Part shown: in pieces, positions 39,120 through 48,451 of the stretch
How positions within the stretch are numbered: position 1 is the first letter of the stretch
Layout of the letters: each line of letters opens with the position of its first letter
Source: Spirochaetota bacterium
GTDB taxonomy: Bacteria > Spirochaetota > UBA4802 > JAKQUI01
Assembly (NCBI GenBank): GCA_029562645.1
Contig: JAKQUI010000033.1
Span: forward strand, 59,146 to 123,145
DNA length: 64,000 nucleotides
Direction of reading: 5' to 3'
The notes under the pieces: generated by a model
Database searches by the model: none
Told to the model about the DNA's origin: nothing
What the model saw: the letters and a program-made list of their open reading frames with translations, nothing else
Translations under genes and position numbers: made by a program

Positions 39120-39740
39120 ATGTCTCCAAAGATTGTGGATGTTGATGAGAAAAAGAAGCAGATAACCGACGCCGCCATACGGGTCCTCGCCAGGAAGGGC
39201 CTCAAGGAAACGAAGATGGAGGACGTCGCCGAAGCAGCGGGTATCGGGAAAGGCACCCTGTATGAATACTTCAAGTCAAAAGATGAACTCTTCTTGGTCG
39301 CCTATCGTCATATTATGGAAGAATTCGAATGCCAAACCGATTTGAAGCTGCCGGAAAATGTAACCACGATAGACACCCTGAAAGCGATCATTTCGATGAT
39401 GACCTCGATGCACACTTCGGACTTCCCGCTGGATCACTTCCAGGTGCTCACCGAGTTCTGGCTCGAGGAGGTCAAATCGGCAAACCAGGGGAAAAAGCGG
39501 CAATTCGACATGCTCGCCACTTACCGCGAGTATATCGACCTCGTGAAAGCGGTGTTCGAACAGGGGATTCAAAAAGGGGAAATCCGCGACATCAACCCCG
39601 AACACGCCGCCACCATTCTCATGATGATCTTCGACGGCCTCATGCTCCTCTGGATGCTCGACAAGAACTCCTTCGACTTCAAGGGCACCGTGGACACGTT
39701 CGGTGGCATATTCATAAAAGGAATTCAAAAGCAGGGGTAG
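39120..39740 (+). CDS. TetR/AcrR-family transcriptional regulator
   Basis: Start at MSPKIVDVDEKKKQITDAAIRVLARKGLKETKMEDVAEAAGIGKGTLYEYFKSKDELF, the TetR helix-turn-helix signature. Confidence 0.8.
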   Translation: MSPKIVDVDEKKKQITDAAIRVLARKGLKETKMEDVAEAAGIGKGTLYEYFKSKDELFLVAYRHIMEEFECQTDLKLPENVTTIDTLKAIISMMTSMHTSDFPLDHFQVLTEFWLEEVKSANQGKKRQFDMLATYREYIDLVKAVFEQGIQKGEIRDINPEHAATILMMIFDGLMLLWMLDKNSFDFKGTVDTFGGIFIKGIQKQG

Positions 39741-39777
39741 GATATGGCGATCAAAACGGACGCGCCATCATGCGGCG

Positions 39778-39884
39778 CAACCTCACCCCCTACCCCTCTC
39801 CCATAGGAGAGGGGAGTGGAAAAAGCTACTTCCCACGAAGCCCCCTCCTATGGGAGAGGGCGCGCCGGAGGCGGGGTGAGGTTG
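39778..39884. repeat. MITE-like composite palindromic element (copy C of the CCCCTC family)
   Basis: A 12-bp terminal inverted repeat, CAACCTCACCCC at 39778-39789 and GGGGTGAGGTTG at 39873-39884. It encloses the perfect hairpin CCCCTCTCC-ata-GGAGAGGGG (39794-39814) and an imperfect second hairpin (about 39843-39860). Spurious ORFs read through it as ...SPLLWERG. Confidence 0.5.
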
Positions 39885-39927
39885 AACGAGCGTATGTATG
39901 AATAAATCAAGGATAAGGAGAAAACCC

Positions 39928-40683
39928 ATGAAGTCATTAATGATCATTCTCGCGCTGATCACGGCGCTCGCGTCAACGGCACTGCCGTCATACGCCCTCA
40001 CGGGCAAGGAGATCATCAGAAAGACCGAGGACGCCATGCGCGGCACCTCCGTCGTGGGCACCTACCTCATCACCGTGAAGACGAAGCTGTGGACGCGGAC
40101 GATGAAGTTGAAGGCATACGACCAGCGCGCCGGGAAGAAGTCCTTCAACGAGATCTACGAACCGAAAAAGGACGCGGGCAACCGGTTCCTCATGATCAAC
40201 AAGAACATGTGGCACTATGTCCCCAAGCTCCAGCAGACCATCAAGATTTCGCCGTCGATGATGCTCCAGTCGTGGATGGGGTCGGACTTCACCAACGACG
40301 ACATCGTGAAGGAATCCAGCATCGAGGAGGACTACACCCACACGGTCACCGGGACCGCGACGGTGGACGGGCACCCCTGCCATGTCATCCTGCTCACGCC
40401 GAAGCCCGACGCCGCCGTCGTGTGGGGCAAGATAATCTACTCCGTGCGACAAAGCGACTACCTCCCCGTGCGCGAGGAATTCTACAACGAGCATAACGTC
40501 CTCAAGCGGGTGATGACCTTCGGCCAGTTCAAGAAGATGGACGATCGCGTGATCCCCACCCTCTGGAAGATGCAAACCGTGAGCAAGCCGGAGGCGCACA
40601 CGATCCTCGAGATCGCGAGCATCCGGTTTAACACCGCGATCCCGTCACGCACCTTCACCATGCAGAACCTGACGAGGAAGTAG
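39928..40683 (+). CDS. outer-membrane lipoprotein-sorting protein (LolA-like fold), exported
   Basis: Start at MKSLMIILALITALASTALPSYA (signal peptide) with an AAGGAG RBS 8 nt upstream. About 230-aa mature protein of the type that accompanies FtsX/MacB-like ABC exporters. Confidence 0.55.
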   Translation: MKSLMIILALITALASTALPSYALTGKEIIRKTEDAMRGTSVVGTYLITVKTKLWTRTMKLKAYDQRAGKKSFNEIYEPKKDAGNRFLMINKNMWHYVPKLQQTIKISPSMMLQSWMGSDFTNDDIVKESSIEEDYTHTVTGTATVDGHPCHVILLTPKPDAAVVWGKIIYSVRQSDYLPVREEFYNEHNVLKRVMTFGQFKKMDDRVIPTLWKMQTVSKPEAHTILEIASIRFNTAIPSRTFTMQNLTRK

Positions 40684-40685
40684 CC

Positions 40686-41933
40686 ATGAACCGAGAAGCG
40701 ATCGCACAGCTCGCCTGGCGAAACGTGTGGCGCAACAAGCGCCGGACGATCCTGACGCTCGCCACCATCGTCGTCGGCTGCGGCATGATCATCCTCAACA
40801 ACGCCCTGGCCAAGGGCGGGCATGACGGGATGATCAACGACGCGGCGATCACGAGCGCCGGGCACATCCAGGTGCACCGCGCCGGCTACTGGGCGAGCCG
40901 CACCATCGACTACGCGTTCCAGGTGCCGGACGGCCTCACCGCCGCGCTCGGGCGAGACCGTCGGATCGCCGCGCACACCGAGCGCATCCATGCCGCCGGG
41001 CTCCTCGCCTTCGGCGCGAACACCTCCGGCGGGCAGATCCAGGGCGTGGATCCCGCGCGCGAGCCGGCGGTGACCAACCTGCACACGTGGGTCCTTCCCG
41101 GCGGGCGCTATCTCACCGCGGAGGATTCGACCCACGCGATCGTCGGGGAGACGCTCGCGAAGAACCTCGGCGCGAAGGTCGGCGACGTCGTCTCGATCAT
41201 CTCGCAGGGGCTCGACGGGTCCATCGCCGCCGAGAAGCTCACGGTGGTGGGCGTCTTCCGCTCGGGCAATCCCGAGTACGACCAGACGCTCCTCGTCATG
41301 CCGATCGAGCAGGCGCGCGCGACCTTCTCGATGGAGCGCTACATCCACGCCATCGTCGTCCGTCTCGCCGACATAAAGCACGATGCGGCGGTCATCGATT
41401 CGCTGCGTGCGTCCCTGCCGGAGACGGAGCGGTCCTCGATCGAGGTGCTGGGATGGGACACGCTGATGCCCGAGCTCGTCCAGTTCATCGCGCTCGACGA
41501 CATCAGCGCCTACATCTTCGATTTCATTCTGTTCCTGGTGGTCGCCTTCGGCATCCTGAATACCGTACAGATGGCGGTCTTCGAGCGCACGCGCGAGTTC
41601 GGGGTGATGCTGGCGGTGGGCACGCGGCCGGGCCAGGTGGTCCACATGGTGCTCATCGAATCCGCGATCATATCGACGTTAGGCGTCATTGCCGGCGGCA
41701 TCGCGGGGTTCCTGGCGAGCCTGTACTTCAAACTGCGGCCGCTGGATTTTTCGGACTACTCGAACGAGATGGCGACGATCGGCGTGAGCATGACAAAACT
41801 CCCGGCCGATGCGACGGCGGCGAACATCGCCGTGACCGCCGTCATCACCCTGGCGCTGACGATCGTCTTCGCCTATTTCCCGGCGCGTCGCGCGTCGAAA
41901 CTCAAGCCGGTCGAAGCGATCCGGCAACTGTAG
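40686..41933 (+). CDS. ABC transporter permease, FtsX/MacB-like
   Basis: 415 aa. N-terminal TM, a large periplasmic domain, then three C-terminal TMs containing the FtsX region ...LVVAFGILNTVQMAVFERTREFGVMLAVG.... Confidence 0.8.
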   Translation: MNREAIAQLAWRNVWRNKRRTILTLATIVVGCGMIILNNALAKGGHDGMINDAAITSAGHIQVHRAGYWASRTIDYAFQVPDGLTAALGRDRRIAAHTERIHAAGLLAFGANTSGGQIQGVDPAREPAVTNLHTWVLPGGRYLTAEDSTHAIVGETLAKNLGAKVGDVVSIISQGLDGSIAAEKLTVVGVFRSGNPEYDQTLLVMPIEQARATFSMERYIHAIVVRLADIKHDAAVIDSLRASLPETERSSIEVLGWDTLMPELVQFIALDDISAYIFDFILFLVVAFGILNTVQMAVFERTREFGVMLAVGTRPGQVVHMVLIESAIISTLGVIAGGIAGFLASLYFKLRPLDFSDYSNEMATIGVSMTKLPADATAANIAVTAVITLALTIVFAYFPARRASKLKPVEAIRQL

Positions 41934-41946
41934 CGGGAGGATACAC

Positions 41947-43182
41947 ATGCAGACCATATTCGCCATGGGCTGGCGCAACATCTGGCGACACCGCCGCCGC
42001 TCCCTGGTGGTGATCTCGTCGATCGCCCTGGGCATTTTCGCCATGATATTGTCGATGGGCATCATGAACGGCATGAACAACCAGGCGATCGAGAACACCA
42101 TCCGGACCGCGCTGGGACACATCGCCATCCACCGGAAGGGATTCCACGAGGACATGAAGATCGCGCACAACTTCAAATCGACCGATCGCATCATGCGGTC
42201 GATCGCGGCCGACCGGCGCATCGCCGCCGCCGCGCCTCGGGTGAAGCTCCCCGGCATGGTCCGCTCGAGCGAGACCTCGCAGGGCGTCCTCATCGTGGGC
42301 ATTGATCCCGAGAAAGAAATGAAGATCTCGAACCTGTACCAGTACACGTCGAAGGAAAACGGCAGCCGCTTCCTCGCCTCGCCGGACGAGAACGCGGCGC
42401 TCATCTCGCAGCAGACGGCCGATCGCCTCAAGCTCGTCGTGGGCGACAAGCTGGTGCTGATGCTCCAGGACCGCAACAACGAGATCGTGGGCGTGGGCAT
42501 GACCGTCGCCGGGACCTTCCAGACGCCCGTGGAGAGCTTCGACAAGCTGGTGGTCTTCACGGGGATCGGAAAGCTGCAGGAGATCACGGGGCTCGGGGAG
42601 AACATCTCCGAGATCTCCATCGCGATCACGGACCCCGCGGCGATCACGGACATCAAGCGGCGCCTCATCGGCGCGATCGGCGACGATTCGCTCGAGGTGC
42701 TCACCTGGATGGACATGGCGCCCTACCTGGTGAGCGCGGTGAAGTTCTTCGACACGATCATGTACATCACCTTCGTCATCATCTTCCTGGTGGTCGTCTT
42801 CTCAGTGGCCAACACCCTGGTGATGGCGATCATGGAGCGATTCCACGAGATCGGCGTCATGAAGTCGATCGGCACGCGCCCGTCGTGGATCGCAACGATG
42901 ATCGTCTTCGAGGCGGTGAACCTGGGCCTCGTGGGGCTCGTCGCCGGTGTCGCCGCGGGAACGCTCTCGGTCGCGGCGCTCTCGATCGGCGGGATCAACC
43001 TGGGGCTTTTCATGGAGTCGCTGCGCGCCTGGGGGACCGGCAGCGTCATCTTCCCGGTCATCAAGGGCATGGACATCGTCGTGGCGGCCCTGATCGTCCT
43101 CGCGACTACGGTCCTCGCGGCGGTCTACCCGGCCGTCAAGGCCGCGCGCATCAAGCCGCTCGAGGCGCTTCATTTCGTATAA
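41947..43182 (+). CDS. ABC transporter permease, FtsX/MacB-like (second copy)
   Basis: 411 aa. Same architecture. ...VVFSVANTLVMAIMERFHEIGVMKSIGTRPS.... Confidence 0.8.
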   Translation: MQTIFAMGWRNIWRHRRRSLVVISSIALGIFAMILSMGIMNGMNNQAIENTIRTALGHIAIHRKGFHEDMKIAHNFKSTDRIMRSIAADRRIAAAAPRVKLPGMVRSSETSQGVLIVGIDPEKEMKISNLYQYTSKENGSRFLASPDENAALISQQTADRLKLVVGDKLVLMLQDRNNEIVGVGMTVAGTFQTPVESFDKLVVFTGIGKLQEITGLGENISEISIAITDPAAITDIKRRLIGAIGDDSLEVLTWMDMAPYLVSAVKFFDTIMYITFVIIFLVVVFSVANTLVMAIMERFHEIGVMKSIGTRPSWIATMIVFEAVNLGLVGLVAGVAAGTLSVAALSIGGINLGLFMESLRAWGTGSVIFPVIKGMDIVVAALIVLATTVLAAVYPAVKAARIKPLEALHFV

Positions 43183-43210
43183 CGCAATAGACCATCATGT
43201 GGAGAAAACG

Positions 43211-43930
43211 ATGAATATCATAGAACTGCAATCGATCACCAAGACCTACGACACCAACGGGCTCACCGTCCCGGCGGTGCGCGGCGTCGATCTCGTCGTG
43301 GAAAAGGGCGAGTTCTCCGCCCTCGCGGGGCCCTCGGGCTCCGGCAAGACGACGCTCCTGAACCTCATCGGCGGCCTGGACAATCCGTCGGGCGGAACGG
43401 TGTCGGTGGGCGGCGAGAACATCACCGGCTATTCGCCGCGGCAGCTCTCGGACCTGCGCCTGCGGAAGATCGGCTTCATCTTCCAGGCGTACAACCTCAT
43501 CCCGGTGCTCAGCGCGATCGAGAACGTCGAGTACATCCTGCTTTTACAGGGCATGGAAAAGACCGAGCGCCGCCGCCGCTCGGCCGCGATGCTGGCCGAG
43601 GTGGGCCTGGAGGGACTGACGGACCGGCGGCCGCACCAGCTCTCCGGCGGACAGCAGCAGCGCGTGGCCGTCGCGCGCGCCATCGTCTCCGAGCCCGACA
43701 TCGTGCTGGCCGACGAGCCCACGGCCAACCTGGACCAGAAGACGGGCGCGGCGCTCCTGGACCTGATGCACGAGCTCAATCGTACAAAAGGAATCACCTT
43801 CCTCTTCTCGACCCACGACGGCATGGTGATGGAGCGCGCGGAGCGCCTCATCAGCCTGCGCGACGGCGTCGTCGAGCACGACCGCGTGAAGCGGCGGGCA
43901 AAACCTCGATCCGCGAAACGGAAGCGGTGA
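43211..43930 (+). CDS. ABC transporter ATP-binding protein (LolD/MacB-ATPase-like)
   Basis: ATG start at 43211, downstream of the GTG used by the ORF track, with a GGAGA RBS. Walker A GPSGSGKTT, signature LSGGQQQRVAVARA, Walker B ...IVLADEPT. Confidence 0.9.
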   Translation: MNIIELQSITKTYDTNGLTVPAVRGVDLVVEKGEFSALAGPSGSGKTTLLNLIGGLDNPSGGTVSVGGENITGYSPRQLSDLRLRKIGFIFQAYNLIPVLSAIENVEYILLLQGMEKTERRRRSAAMLAEVGLEGLTDRRPHQLSGGQQQRVAVARAIVSEPDIVLADEPTANLDQKTGAALLDLMHELNRTKGITFLFSTHDGMVMERAERLISLRDGVVEHDRVKRRAKPRSAKRKR

Positions 43931-43940
43931 GCGATCCTGC

Positions 43941-45350
43941 ATGAGTCTCTTGCGGTACATCAGTGCGCTGATTCTGCTCGCCGTCCTCGCGACGCCCGCG
44001 TTCGTGGGCGCACAGACGAACGGCGGTTCGAAGGCGGACATGCCGGATGGCGCGGCATCGCCGGATCGGCCCGACATAACCGAAACAAAAAAGGATGCGA
44101 ATGACGAGGAGGCGAAAGTGTTCTCGTTCAAGGCGCAGTTCAAGGAGCTGTTCACCTACACGGACACCATCGAGCGCTCCTTCGCGGTAAACACGTACAT
44201 CGACGAGTCGACCGGTGAGGTCGGCTACAGCGTGAAAGAGAAGGCGCGCAACAAGTCGCTCTTTGCGAATCTCATGCGGCTGCGCCTTTCGCCCGAGATC
44301 AAGGGCGGGGAGCGCTTTCTTCTGCACGTCGATCTCGACAACGAGATCATCAGTTCGGATTACATGAAGAGCCGCGAGTTCGACCAGTACTGGCGTCCGT
44401 CAGACTACAACGATTTCGCAGATCTCTCCTGCGAGCCGGTCTACGACGACATGAGCTACTACCGGATGAAGCTCCATCGGGCGTACGCCAAGATCCTTCT
44501 GGACAAGTTCACCGCGACCATCGGGCGGCAGCAGATCCGCTTCGGCAGCGGCCGCCTGTGGAATCCGCTGGACATCCTCAATCCGATCTCGCCCACGTAC
44601 GTCGAGGGGCCCGAGGACCAGAAGGGGACCGACGCGCTGCGTCTCGAGTACTATCCCTTTGACAAGACGGAGCTCGGGCTCATCATCGACCCGAAGCGCA
44701 TGGACAACGACGAGGACATCGGGAAGCTCAACAGCGACAACACCAACGTGCTGGCCCGCTTCAAGACGTCGTTGTACGAAACAGAAATCGCGCTCATGGG
44801 CGGGCGCGTCTCGCATCGCCTGGTGGGCGGCGCCGACGCATCGACCCACCTGCTCGACGGGCTCCTCCGCGGATCGGTGCTTTACGCCAAGCCCGATCCC
44901 GGGCGCGAGTACGCCCAGGCGAGCGCCGGCTACGAGTATAACTTCTCCTTCGGCCTGTACTTCCTGATCGAATACTTCTACAACGAGAACGGGATGAACT
45001 ACAACTCGAACCTCGCCAACGCCTACGAACGGTTCGTGATGGAGGGCATGAGCGAAGCGATCTACCGCAAGCTCGCCAATCAGCTGCTCACCTGGAACCA
45101 GCACTACGGCGGCATCGCGCTCGGGTACGACATCACCCCGCTCGTGCGCGGGGAGCTCTTCTCGATATACGACTTCCAAGGAAAGGGCCTCTATGCAGCG
45201 CCGTCGCTCAAGTACAACATCGTGCAGAACGCGGACCTCGCGATCGGGGTCATGAAGGCATACCGGATGGGGATTTCGCGCACGCCGACGGACTTCGAGA
45301 GCCTCATCAATCACCCGTATTTTTTCTTCTCGCTCGTCGCGTATTTCTGA
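43941..45350 (+). CDS. secreted beta-barrel-like protein (alginate-export/DUF1302-like), the putative outer-membrane component of the cluster
   Basis: 469 aa. Signal peptide MSLLRYISALILLAVLATPAFVGA. ...TIGRQQIRFGSGRLWNPLDILNP.... Terminal ...FFFSLVAYF. Confidence 0.45.
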   Translation: MSLLRYISALILLAVLATPAFVGAQTNGGSKADMPDGAASPDRPDITETKKDANDEEAKVFSFKAQFKELFTYTDTIERSFAVNTYIDESTGEVGYSVKEKARNKSLFANLMRLRLSPEIKGGERFLLHVDLDNEIISSDYMKSREFDQYWRPSDYNDFADLSCEPVYDDMSYYRMKLHRAYAKILLDKFTATIGRQQIRFGSGRLWNPLDILNPISPTYVEGPEDQKGTDALRLEYYPFDKTELGLIIDPKRMDNDEDIGKLNSDNTNVLARFKTSLYETEIALMGGRVSHRLVGGADASTHLLDGLLRGSVLYAKPDPGREYAQASAGYEYNFSFGLYFLIEYFYNENGMNYNSNLANAYERFVMEGMSEAIYRKLANQLLTWNQHYGGIALGYDITPLVRGELFSIYDFQGKGLYAAPSLKYNIVQNADLAIGVMKAYRMGISRTPTDFESLINHPYFFFSLVAYF

Positions 45351-45454
45351 GGGGACGCGGCGGGATCAGACCTGGAAAATGGGATTGACATATTTGCATT
45401 CGAGCCGGTTTATTTGCCATAGTGAAAGATATCTTGATTGTTCACGGCGGCACA

Positions 45455-45709
45455 ATGAAAGCCTTACGATTCGTAGAAAGAATAGCAAACGGCAGGATCG
45501 TTGTTGCGAAACTCGACAAGTACTCGGGGATGGATGCCGAGGTAATCATCATCCCGCTCATCGAAACCAAATCAAACGGAAAGAACGCAACGACGAAAAA
45601 AACGGCAAGCATGCGAGGGTGCTTGAAAAAATACGCCAATCCGCTCCTTGTGCAGGACGAGAAGGAGGCATGGGCGACGGCAGCCGGAAAAAAGCATGCG
45701 GGTTTGTGA
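45455..45709 (+). CDS. vapB: AbrB/SpoVT-type antitoxin (VapB-like)
   Basis: 84 aa. MKALRFVERIANGRIVVAKLDKYSGMDAEVIIIP is a swapped-hairpin-like motif. Overlaps the PIN gene by 14 nt. AT-rich. Confidence 0.5.
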   Translation: MKALRFVERIANGRIVVAKLDKYSGMDAEVIIIPLIETKSNGKNATTKKTASMRGCLKKYANPLLVQDEKEAWATAAGKKHAGL

Positions 45710-46106
45710 CGCAAATGTAGTACTCCGATATATACTTGATGACATTCCGGAACAGGCATCCATTGCTGCAAAAATAATCGACAACGAGAACGTATATATT
45801 CCGTTTGAGGTTGTCGCCGAGATTGTATATGTGCTCGAAAAGGTATATCGCATACCCCGAAGGGTAATATCAACAAGCATCAGAAATCTTTTACGGCACA
45901 ATACTATTCAAACCGTCGATAAGACAGTAGCCTTCCATGCTCTTGATGTATATAAAGACACGAAACTTGACATCGTTGACGCTTTTCTGTGCGGCTATCA
46001 GAAAAAACACCAGCATACAATAGTGACGTTCGATAAAAAACTCTTGAAACAGTTGTCACGAATGAAATCTTCATCGAGAAGAGAATCAAAAAAACTTAAA
46101 CCTTGA
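45696..46106 (+). CDS. vapC: PIN-domain ribonuclease toxin (VapC-like)
   Basis: Start at MRVCDANVVLRYILDD (Asp at position 5). Further acidic residues ...EIVYVLEK..., ...DIVDAF... and ...TFDKK... fit the PIN catalytic quartet. Confidence 0.65.
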   Translation: MRVCDANVVLRYILDDIPEQASIAAKIIDNENVYIPFEVVAEIVYVLEKVYRIPRRVISTSIRNLLRHNTIQTVDKTVAFHALDVYKDTKLDIVDAFLCGYQKKHQHTIVTFDKKLLKQLSRMKSSSRRESKKLKP

Positions 46107-46157
46107 AGCGACACCGATGATTAGTCCAGCAGAAAACTATGCGCGTCCCGGATCAAT

Positions 46158-47117
46158 ATGCTCCAAAAAATAATTAACGCCGTAAAAATCTACTTCTCGA
46201 TGCTCAACATGACGCCGGGCAGCGCACCGCCGATCTTTCGGAAACCGACGGTTGATGTCCCTCAGGCGAAGCCGACGCCGTTCTGGGTGCATGTGCTGCT
46301 GTTTGCGATCACGTTTGTGACGACGACGGCGTCGGGCGTGGTCATGTGCGCGCAATCCGACGATTTCATCGCCGAGATTCCGCGGGTGGGGATCCCCTAT
46401 GCGCTGGCCATCATGACGATCCTGCTCGCGCATGAGCTGGGCCATTACTATGCCGCAAAACGATTCGACGTTGCGACGACGCGGCCGTTCTTCATCCCCT
46501 TCATTCCGCCGGTGGGCACCATGGGCGCCGTGATCCGGATAAAATCGAAGATTCACGACAAGCGAACGCTCCTGTACATCGGCGCAGCGGGACCGATGAT
46601 CAGCTTTACCCTCAGCCTTGTCGCGACTGTCGTTGGATTGCTCCTTTCCGAGGTAAAGGCCTTTCCCGCCGCGCCTCCCGGCGGCGAGCTCATCGAGCTG
46701 GGCGATTCGATCATTCTTTTAGGCCTCACGCGACTTATTCACGGCGAGATTCCCCCAGGCTTTGGCATGATCATATCGCCGCTCACCTGGGCGGGCTGGA
46801 TCGGTTTCCTGGTAACCAGCCTCAATCTGATGCCCATCGGCCAGCTCGATGGCAGCCATATTCTCTATGCGCTCATCGGGCGGCGGCAGGTCTATGCGGG
46901 CTGGCTCGCATTCGCCGGTCTTGTGGCCCTTGCGGTCGTGTGGCCGGGGTGGATCGTGTGGATCGCGCTTGCGCTCATCGTGCTCATGATCGGCCATCCC
47001 CCGATTGAAGACGGAGAACCGATAACTATCGGCGAACGGATAGCCGGATGGTTCTGCATCGTCATTCTTATCATCACCTTTATCCCCCAGCCGGTTAACA
47101 TACTTCCGATTAAGTAA
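46158..47117 (+). CDS. M50 / site-2-protease family zinc metalloprotease
   Basis: 319 aa, polytopic. HELGHYYAAK (HExxH) and the downstream ...LMPIGQLDGSHIL (LDG motif). Confidence 0.75.
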   Translation: MLQKIINAVKIYFSMLNMTPGSAPPIFRKPTVDVPQAKPTPFWVHVLLFAITFVTTTASGVVMCAQSDDFIAEIPRVGIPYALAIMTILLAHELGHYYAAKRFDVATTRPFFIPFIPPVGTMGAVIRIKSKIHDKRTLLYIGAAGPMISFTLSLVATVVGLLLSEVKAFPAAPPGGELIELGDSIILLGLTRLIHGEIPPGFGMIISPLTWAGWIGFLVTSLNLMPIGQLDGSHILYALIGRRQVYAGWLAFAGLVALAVVWPGWIVWIALALIVLMIGHPPIEDGEPITIGERIAGWFCIVILIITFIPQPVNILPIK

Positions 47118-47284
47118 TTCCAGCCTCTTTCTTTTTCAACCGTCCCGAAGGTTTGGAATATTTTTTCGCATTAAGTATTGACCGTCCGTCCAAATTTTTA
47201 AGCCTGCCATCAACACGAATGAGAACGGCGTTCATGCGCCGCAACATCATTCGGATATCACTGGATACGTCAGAGGAGTTTCAC

Positions 47285-48295
47285 ATGTCACTTCGCACCG
47301 GGCTTTTCAGGCTCATTTCGATGTTCGTCATCGCCGCAAGCGCATTCATGTTCTCGTGCGACGAGCCGCAGGATTCGAATAACGTGTACGTCGCAGGCTG
47401 GTATAACAAGGGCGACATCTATTATCCCTGCTACTGGAAAAACGGCACGCGCGTCGATCTCGGATCGAGATCATCGACCTATTCTTCCATCGCGGTATCG
47501 GGCAGCGACATCTTCGTCGCCGGAAACATGAACTTCCAGCCGACCGTCTGGAAGAACACGGCATCGAACAAGACCACGCTTGAGACCTCCTTCTCCATGG
47601 CGATGGGGATCGCCCTTTCGGGCAATGACGTCTTCGTAAGCGGTAACTACTTCCTGCCCTCCGACATAATGATCGCCTGCTACTGGGTGAATGGTTCGCG
47701 CGTGGAACTCGAGAACGTCGAATCGCTGGCGCACAATATGATGATTCAGAATGGCGACATCTACATCGCCGGCGCCGTGGGACCGATCGGGTCAAGCGTC
47801 CCCTGCTACTGGGTGAACGGCTCGCGCGTCGAGCTCGCAAACGACACTCCGACCGCCTTCGCCCGCTCGGTGTTCTCGACCGGCAACGACGTATACGCCG
47901 CCGGCGGCGCCGACGACGCGAACGGCTCGCGCCGCGCGGTCATCTGGAAGAACGGCGTAAAGACCGTCCTGCACAATGGCGACTCCGAGGCCTTCTCGGT
48001 GTTCGTAAACGGAAACGACGTATACGTGGCCGGACATGCGTGGATCAACGGTATTCGGACCGCCTGCTATTGGAAGAACGGCGTGCGCACCAACCTGGGC
48101 GACGGCTCCAAGCACTCCGACGCCTACAGCGTGTATTTCTTTGGCGGGAATGTGTATGTGAGCGGCGACTACATCGACAACGGAAAGTACGCCTGCGTAT
48201 GGCGCAACGACAAGAACAACCGCTACAAGCTTTCCGACGGCGGCGTGACCTCGCACGATGCGGCCGGCACCTCGATATTCGTGACCGCGAAGTAA
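47285..48295 (+). CDS. repeat lipoprotein with about 40-aa CYW(K/V)NG repeats, probably a beta-propeller
   Basis: Start at MSLRTGLFRLISMFVIAASAFMFSC (lipobox). Units CYWKNGTRVDL / CYWVNGSRVEL / CYWVNGSRVEL / VIWKNGVKTVL / CYWKNGVRTNL / CVWRNDKNNRYKL, each followed by ...IAVSGSDIFVAG-type strands. Confidence 0.5.
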   Translation: MSLRTGLFRLISMFVIAASAFMFSCDEPQDSNNVYVAGWYNKGDIYYPCYWKNGTRVDLGSRSSTYSSIAVSGSDIFVAGNMNFQPTVWKNTASNKTTLETSFSMAMGIALSGNDVFVSGNYFLPSDIMIACYWVNGSRVELENVESLAHNMMIQNGDIYIAGAVGPIGSSVPCYWVNGSRVELANDTPTAFARSVFSTGNDVYAAGGADDANGSRRAVIWKNGVKTVLHNGDSEAFSVFVNGNDVYVAGHAWINGIRTACYWKNGVRTNLGDGSKHSDAYSVYFFGGNVYVSGDYIDNGKYACVWRNDKNNRYKLSDGGVTSHDAAGTSIFVTAK

Positions 48296-48451
48296 TCATT
48301 ACTCCGGTCCCGCAACGACGGGTCGCCTCCGTGCGGCCCGTTTTGTTTTCCGCCGTGCCGTCCCGCAATTGAACTCCCGCATGATGGACCGCGTTTCAAT
48401 TTTTTCCGATCGGCTTCGTAATACGTACAGATACGACCGGAGGATATCCAC

